Shown here: piece after piece, positions 52,901-61,900 of the stretch
How positions within the stretch are numbered: the stretch's first letter is position 1
Layout: each line of letters opens with the position of its first letter
Notes under the pieces: generated by a model
The model's database searches: none
What the model was told of the DNA's origin: nothing
Seen by the model: only the letters and a program-made list of their open reading frames with translations
Made by a program: the position numbers and the translations under genes
From: Lama glama
Lineage: Eukaryota
DNA: 64,000 bases
Assembly (NCBI GenBank): GCA_028534125.1
Contig: CM052817.1
Coordinates: 49,912,001-49,976,000, forward strand
Direction of reading: 5' to 3'

Positions 52901-55900
52901 TTTACACTGCAGAGTGAAAACCTCAGGCTCTTTAATATAAAATTATTACATCTCTTTTAATCTAAGAGTTAGCATATCACTTTGGCCAGCAAAGCCTGCC
53001 ACAGTTCTTCTCTCCACCCATAGGTGTATCTATTCATTTACATGGTAAATAACCTTGTTATTTTATCTTTTTTAAAGTGAACCCACAGTGTTATCTCTTT
53101 GACATTATTCATAAAAAAGTAAAATGAAAACAAATGTTTTCCTATTTTCATTAAATATGTAAGAAGTATATAAGAAACTTCAGTTAACTGGGGGAAAATT
53201 GTTACTATTGAATAACTCCCTAAATAATCTCAAATTAATTTTCAAAGGAGTTGATCTTTGAATAAATATCTATATATCCTGTCTATCTATGTGAGATATA
53301 CATTGTACACACAATACACACTCTTATCTGTATGTATTTTAAATAACACTTACCTTGTTAACCTCCCTTTCAACAAATAACTGTACTTAGTTTTTTCATC
53401 TGGTGCTTATTCTAGGCACCTTATCCTGAATCCTGTAAAACTTACCTTTTTTGTTTTTAAACAAACTCATTTCTTAGTTTGAAATTATTATACACTCTTT
53501 AAAACCAAATCTGTAATATTTTCTTATGAATTAAAATGAATTGTCTTTCACTACCTTAATTTTTCTACTTCTAGCCACTCCCGTCCCCAAAGTAGTCTTG
53601 ATTACTACCTGAATATTAGTTCTTATGAGGCTAAACATCTGATGTTTCCTCTTTTATAATTTCTGCAATTCCTTGGTCTAGACCAGAATTTCATTGCCTA
53701 ACTTAAAAAAAAAAATCCTGTAACAAAAATTCTGATTACTTAAGCATTTTAAAGGCTTTAGTTTCTGATGAATTAAACATCTTCTTTGAAACTGTGCATT
53801 CACGTTTTTATTCTTTAATTTCAAAAGGCACTTCAGTTTCCTTCTGAATGCTGCAAAATTATATGCTACAGTCTATTGCATTCCATTTACAGAAGAGGTA
53901 AGATACTCTTTGAGTCCTAACAAGTGATAGAAAAGGTTAGAATCAGATGAATTTGTTTAAATGCATCATCAAAATGTGTTTGTATATTATAAGAATCATT
54001 CTTTGATATAAGTGTTTTATTTTGTGATAGTTCTGCCTATTCTAATGTAGCAAAAGCTAAACTCTCATTGCAGCATTGCTAAGCAGAAGAAAGTCAGATT
54101 TTACTTTCTAAATTTAAGTATGAAAACAAATATTTACAAAAGCAGTCTTAGTTTATTTTTTAAAATGTTTACGATCTATTAACTTCAGTTATTGCAATTA
54201 CTCTGAAAACCCAAAGTGACCTATTTTATAACAATTTTTAAATATACCTTAGAGAGTCTCTTTGTAAACATTTGTTTGGCTTATTTTGTGATATTAACTT
54301 ACATGCTTTTCAGGAGATTTGAAAATGCTATCCCATATTGACATTTCTTAACTTTTATCATTTATACCTATTCTCTTAGATATCATCTTCGTTGACTAAT
54401 AAATAAAGGATCTAATACAGTTTTATTTAACAGGCAGGTCTGCATTAGTGAATTTTTCTTCTCAAGTGCATAATAGAGTTAAATATATTGCTATACTTGT
54501 AGGTAGGCAGAACGGAAAAATATAAACTACATCCATAACTAACACTGGCTATTTTGGATCTAGATAAAAATGCCTGTTGTAAATTAATCCTTTTTGAGTT
54601 ACCACACAGTGAAATATACCAGAATGTCTGGTAAAAAATGGTGGCATTCAGTTGAATACTCTTTTTCTGAAGAGTGGTAATTTTGTGATATGAATTGTAG
54701 GTGATTTCAAAAGCAGGTATGTCTCAGTTTTTTCTAAGCAAATTTTTAACAATGAATATGTATATAGCCTTAAATTTATCCAAGTTTATCTTGAACCATT
54801 TAAATGTTTTCCTGATTCCAGAGGTATGAATTCCGTATACTTACTTATTTTATTTACTATGTCAGTGTATATTGAGTATAGCTTTGTACAGGGAACTTTG
54901 TAAAACGGTTAAGAGAGAGTTCCCGATCTCAAGGCATTCTATATAATACTCACAGCCAATCCTAAAACTACCTATTTTAAAATGTAAAGAAAGAACTAAG
55001 ATTTCAGGTTTGTTGACTAATAAAAACTTTTTTTACGCATACCACCTTCACCTTCCAGCCTTTATGGATGATATTTCTAAAGAAATAAAGGTAAATGTCA
55101 CAAATAGATGTGATCTAAATAGTCAGATGATACTTTATTCAAATATTTTAGAATGATGAAGGACTTTTTTTAGGATGTTTTTAGATTTAGAATTCAGAAT
55201 TTTTTAAATGTGTTGATAAAATTACTGTTTTAAAAACAGGACTTATCAGCAGATGCCTTGTTGAATATTCTTTCTGAAGTAAAAATTCAGGAATTCAAAC
55301 CTTCCAACAAGGTATGTGTACAAACAAATTCATTCATTTGGCAAGTAGTTATTGAACTTCTACTTGTATCAAATCTCATTCCAAACCTGGATAACCCTGT
55401 AATGAACAAAACAAAATTCTTGTTCTTGTGTGAGTTATATTCTAATGGACCAGAGATGGACTATTAAAAATGCCAATAATTATTTGATACTTCATTATGG
55501 GCATAAGTGCTAATAAGAATTAAAACAGGGAGAACAAATAAAGGATGATGGAGCTGGTATCATTTTTTTATGAGATAACAAAGGGAAAGCTTCTCTGATA
55601 TGGTAACATTTGAGCAGAAGCCTGAAGGAAGTGAGGGAGTGAGCAATGCTATTATCTGGTGAGAGAGAGGGCAGACAACAGGAACAAGTTCAGAGAAAGG
55701 CCTTGAAAGACTGAGAGCCAGGATTTTTCTGGAGGAGAATATGCAAAAGGAGATTGATAAACAGTGAGGTTGGAGAGGTAGTTTGGGTTATGATAAGTAC
55801 TATGTGTTCTATTATGAGATAAGCCAGTGGAGCATTTTAAACAGAGGACACAATCTGACTTATATTTAAAACGATGACCCTGGCAAATTGTGTTAAGAAT

Positions 55901-58900
55901 GATTGTATAACACATGAGAGAGGAAGTAGAAAGAGGTATTAGGAGGTTACAGGCAAGAGATGATGGTTTGAATTAAGTAGTGGGTAACAGGGAAGTTGTG
56001 TTAAGGGTTGGATTCTGTGTATATTTTTTAGTAACGCTGACAGGATTTGTAAGTGATTGGTTTGAGTGTAAGAGAAAAAAAGATTATTATTTTCTAAGTT
56101 AAAAAAAGAAATAGGCTTAGTAGCTTCAAGTGACAGGGAGAAGATAGAAGAATTTTGGAAAAAAAAATGATTGCCCAGGGGAGTGGGAAAAGTGGGAAAT
56201 TAGAAGATATAGTAGGATTTCAAGATAGTATTGAGGATCCACTTAGTGTTAATTCCACTGAATATATTCCACTAAATGTAGCTGGAGAAAAAGCAGTTAT
56301 CTACTTGGGTGCTACTGTAAAATAGCTGAAAAGTTGGGTTATAACAAGAGTTGGGATTTTGTCAGGCAAAAATATTGGATGCGGAAAGAGGGAATATTAA
56401 TAAAGATGGAACATGAAATTTAAGGGTAAATATGGAAAGTTTGAAAATACTAATATTTTCCTTTTTCACATGTTCATTATATGCTTTTTTGTGTGCACTA
56501 TAAAAGAAATCATCCACAAAACAACCTTCTGTTCCCCTTACCCTTTAACTATACTGGAAAATGTGGAGTAATGACTGCCTCCCTGCAAAATTCAAGTAAG
56601 AAGTGGTGTATGCACTCTTCCACTCAGCATTTTTATTTTAGGGAAGAGGAAAACTTACAGGCAGTTTATTTTGTACAGGTAAATAGTTTTACTGAATGAA
56701 GTGTTCATGACTTCTAGCTTATGAAGAATATTAAGTACAGAAAGGAAAAACAAAATTCCTATATAAAGAAAATTCCTAGCCCATGTTTCTATAGGGCAAA
56801 ACTGCTAGACAGAAGCCAAGGAAAAAGGCATCAATAACTTTACTGTTCTTAATGCCCTTCAGTATGTTTTCTAGCTTGAATTGCTTCTTTCTGTATTAAA
56901 GTTTAGGGGTAGTAAATTATCCTGAGCAGTTGAGCTACAATTTTAACATGAATTAATATGCTTTTTCACAGCTCCCTGGAGCACCTCCCACCGAAGCTTT
57001 AGGGTCTGGCACTTCTAGTTAGGAGATACCACAGCCAAGAATATAATCTGCACGTTCTGGCAAATATATATTACTGCTTCCTTGGCTCCTTAATATTTCT
57101 CAAATATTTATAATAATATTTAATATGTAAAAATATAACTTGAAAGTTTCTTGGCTTGAGAATATTGACTTCACTGCCCTCATGAAATATCTGATAAGTA
57201 ATTTCTTAAAGATAAATTACTTGTATGTGCTGTCCTAAGCATGCAGCTATATGAAGGAAAACATTCTTTGGAAAAGAACTTCTTGTCCGCAATCAATAAA
57301 TATTTAAAAGATGCCCATATTATGTATTTTATGGATTTCTTCAATTTCCTTGGAGACAGAAAAGAGCTCTGCACTAGCTAGAGCTATGTAATTTGTTTTG
57401 ATGTTGATTTGTCAGAATCACAAACTGTTGATTAACATTAACTTATTTTAGTGTGAAATTTTAACAGAATTGTATGAACTCAGATCTTGGAAGCTATTCA
57501 GTAAGTATTTTTAACACTAACTGTGAACAAGTTTATTTTAGATATTTTTAGGTTCTCTCAGTGATCAAGAGAAAGATACCTGTTCTTAGAGTTTATACGT
57601 CAGTGTGAGGAGATAGATTATAAAACAGATATATAAATAATGTAGCATTACTTACCAGTGGAAGGTATAAAATACATTAGTCCATAATGATTAATAACCT
57701 GATTAAACTGGATAGAATATTTCTCTTTGTTACTTATTTGATAAAACAAATAGGATAATCATACTTAGGTGTAGGATATGATGACATTAACGAATATATA
57801 TATATACATATATTAAAAGGTTGTTCAAACAGATGAAACTGCAAGGAAACCAGACCATGTTCCTATTAGCAGTGAAGATGAGAGGAATGCTGTTTTCCAA
57901 CTACAAAAGGCTATTTCATCTAATGAAGCTACTGCAAGTAAGGGAAAATCTTTATTGAAAATGTTTTGAACTGGAGAGATTTTTATTTTCGCTAACCTCT
58001 ATACTCAAAAAGTTGTGGGATTAAATAATAATAACAATAGTAATATTACTTATTTCATATTCCTATGAAAGTCACTCTTCATCTTTAACCGTGACTAAAT
58101 TCATCATTTTCTCTACCATTTGCCCTACCCTCAAAGCCTGAAATGTAAGTTTGCTTTGTTGTTGTTCTGATTGTTTTAGTCTGAAATTCTACTGTGTGAT
58201 TCCTTCTTAACTTTTGGCTAGCATAGTGAAGAAAAATGGAGTATTTGTAGACACTAACCCTGGGTCCCAGTCACTTTAGGATAAAAAACCATAGACATTT
58301 CTTCTTGGCTTCTTAGTCTCCAAAATTGCACTCAGGAAATATAAACTGACCTAGGACATCGTTACTAAATAGTCTTAAATATAGGGAAACTGAACTTTTA
58401 ATTCCATAAAAACACTATTTTAGCTCTGTGTTATTTCATGTTTTTAGACCTGCTCATCATCTTTTTACTACATAAATCAGCAGTTTCCAAACTTTGGGGA
58501 TTTTATGCAAAGACCGTAAAATTCAGGGAAAAAAAAATAGATTAGCCAACTGTTTATTTTGCAAATAAAAGATTGTTATCCTAATTTAATAATTATAATT
58601 CTAGAAAAAACTTACTGTCATATCTTACTTTTTCATTTCATCACATATCAAGCTACACCTGTCCACAGAATGATACAGGGAACCAGTAATCTAGAAATGT
58701 GTCAAAAAGATACTCATTTTTATTTGATCAGCTGACCCTGTTCTTAGTTATCAGAGTGTTTCAGAGTAGTATTTATGGAATCAAGTTTTGAACAGTACCC
58801 AATGTTGACTTTTTTTTATTGTAAACCACTTAATAGCAGTTATACATGGCTTTCTTATTTTTCCGTTTTTTAGAAAGTTTTTTTAATATAGAAACTTCTC

Positions 58901-61900
58901 TAATTTAGTGGTGTTAAAGCCATCATTTTCATGTTCTTCAAAAACTTCAGTTCCTTGAATTTTTTTGTTGTTCAGTCATTTAAAAACCTAAACAAAAAGG
59001 ACTCTTTAACAGTAGTGAACCCACATTGCTTTTTACCTAGTAAAGCCCTTACCACTTACTAGGAAACTTTGTTTTTCTGGTTGTTACCGTCAGATGACCT
59101 TCAGATGGCAGTGCTTTCATTTGAAAAAGATGATGATCGTAATGGACACATAGATTTCATCACAGCTGCATCAAATCTTCGTGCCAAAATGTATAGCATT
59201 GAACCAGCTGACCGTTTCAAAACAAAGCGCATAGCAGGTAGAATTATACCTGCTATAGCAACATCCACTGCTGCAGTTTCTGGCTTGGTGAGATTATTAT
59301 TCTTTGAAAATGCTTCTTTTTCATCACTTCTTTCCTTTCTTCCCCATTATACTACTCGCAACCAGTCACTCAGATCTTAGAGAAGGCAGAATACATATTG
59401 ATCTTATAATTTAAATTTGTAAGGTATTTCTGAAAATACAGTAATCTGTACTTTGAGCTTTTAAGATAATACAAACATTTTAACATAAAAAAAAAGCTCT
59501 GTCAAGATAGAATATAATTTTTCTTACAGACAGTGATCATCTTCATCATCTTTGTATCTTCCATACAAACCAAGTGCTCTTGTTTTTCTTGAATAAAATG
59601 AACTACCATAATCTTTGTTATTTGATTATATTGGATTTTAGTTCTTTGCCTTAAAATAAATATAATTCCTGTTAGTGATTTGGATTTCTTTCAATTTAGT
59701 TTTTTCTTAATGATTTAGAATCTTTAGAGTAGCCCTAGTTATTTTACTGTACCATAGTGTTATTCTTAAAAGCTATGTAATTATTTTTCCTATTAAATGA
59801 TTTTGGACTGCTATATTTCTTGAGCTCTGCTGTTTGCTTTCGAAGTAGGAAGATTACATGGTCTAATTAATTTTTTTGATAACTTTGTTTAACATGTGCA
59901 GAACAGGTTGAAAGTTTGAAAGTGTGAAATAGGCTAAGTGGAGAGACTTAAAAGAAATTTATATTACTCTAGTCCAAAAGCTGCTTTTATTCCTTTTTTT
60001 AATTTTAATTTTTTTATTGAAGTATAGTTGATTTTGCTTTTATTCTTCACACAGAAATGCTTGAAAAGAATTCAAGAAAATTATATAGATGCAGTTAAAT
60101 TCATGAATGGTGTTGGGCTGTTTATATAATCAGATCACCTTCTTTTACCTAGGTTGCACTGGAAATGATCAAAGTAGCTGGTGACTACCCTTTTGAAGCT
60201 TACAAAAATTGTTTCCTTAACTTAGCCATTCCAATTATAGTGTTTACAGAGACATCTGAAGTAAGAAAAACTGAAATCAGGTATGTATGAAGGTCTTTTG
60301 CTTTTGCATAATGAAAATAACATACCTTTTTTTTACATTTTAAAAGAGAAAAGTAATAGTTTCATCTCTCCTTTTCTTTGTATATATAACACTTTCCAGT
60401 ACTTCAGGACAATGCTACTTCTTCATGTAGCATTCCTCTCTTCTCTTTTTTTTTAATTGAAGTATAATTGACATTCAACGTTAGTTTCAAGTGTACAATA
60501 TAACGATTCAACACCTGTATATGTTGGGAAATGATCACCACAGTAAGTCCAGTCACCATCCATTGTTACACATAGTTGCAGAATTTTTTTTTCTTCTGAA
60601 GAGAACTTTTAAGATTTACTCTCTAAGCAACTCTCAAATATGCAATACATATTATTAAGTATAGTCACTATGCTGTGCATTACATGCACATGACTTACTC
60701 ATCTTACAACTGGAAGCTTGTGCCTTTTGATTCTCTTCACTTACTGTGCCCACACGCCTACCCCGTTTCTGGCACTTTCAGTGTTCTCTTTATCTATGAG
60801 CTTGAGGGTTTTTTAGTTTTTGTTTGGTCAGTTGGTTGGGTGTTTTGTTTGTTTCTCTTAGATTCCACGTGTACGTGAGATCATAAAGTATCTGTCTTTC
60901 TCTGTATAACTTATTTTACTTAGCATAATGTCCTCAAAGTCCATCCACGTTGTTGTACATAGCAGGATTTCATTCTTATGGCTGAATAATACTCCATTGA
61001 TATAATACCACATTTTCTTTATCCATTTATCCACCTGTGGACACAGATTGTTTCCGTATGTTAGCCATTGTAAATAATGCTGCAGTGAACATGGAGATAC
61101 AGATCTTTTCAAGTTAATTTTTTCATTTTCTTTATATAAGTACCTAGGAGTAGAATTGCTAGATCATATGGTAGTTCTATTTTTAAGTTTTTAAGGAAGT
61201 TAACATATTGTTTTGCATAGTTGCTGTATCATTTTATGTTCCCACCAAGAATGTACAAAGGTTCCAGTTTCTTCACATCCTTGCCAACACTTGTTATCTT
61301 TTGTTTTTTGATGATAGCCACCCTAACAGGTACGAGGTGTTATCTCATTGTGGCCATTGATTTGTATTCCTCTGATGATTAGTGATATTGAGCATCTTTT
61401 CGCATACCTGATATGGAACATGTTTTCACATGCCATCCATGTCTTTGGAAAAACGTCTGTTCCAATCCTTTGCCCATTTTGTTATCGGATTGTTTTTGTT
61501 TTTTGTTCTTTTTACTATTGTGTTGTATGAGTTCTTTATATTTATTTTGTATATTAACCCCTTATCAGAGAGATGATTTGCAAATATTTTCTCCCAGTTG
61601 GTAGGTTGCCTTTTCATGTTGTTGATGTTTTCTTTGCCGTGCAGATTTTCAGTTTGATGTAGTGTCACTTGTTTTTTGTTGTTGTTGTTGTTGTTTTTTA
61701 CTTTTGATATGAAATCCAAAAAATGAATCACCAAGACTAGTGTCAGGGAGCTTACCACCTAAGTTTTCTTCCATAAGTTTTATGGTTTCAGATCTTACAT
61801 TCAAGTCTTTAATGCATTTTGAGGTAATTTTTGTGCATGGTGTAAAAGTCCAGTTTCATTCTTTTGCATGTGACATGAAGCATTGCTGACTAAACTGCCA

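Noticed and set aside
60858..61758. ORFs with L1 ORF2-like peptides (also 3409..3612)
   Set aside because: Fragmented, frameshifted transposon remnants, not expressed genes
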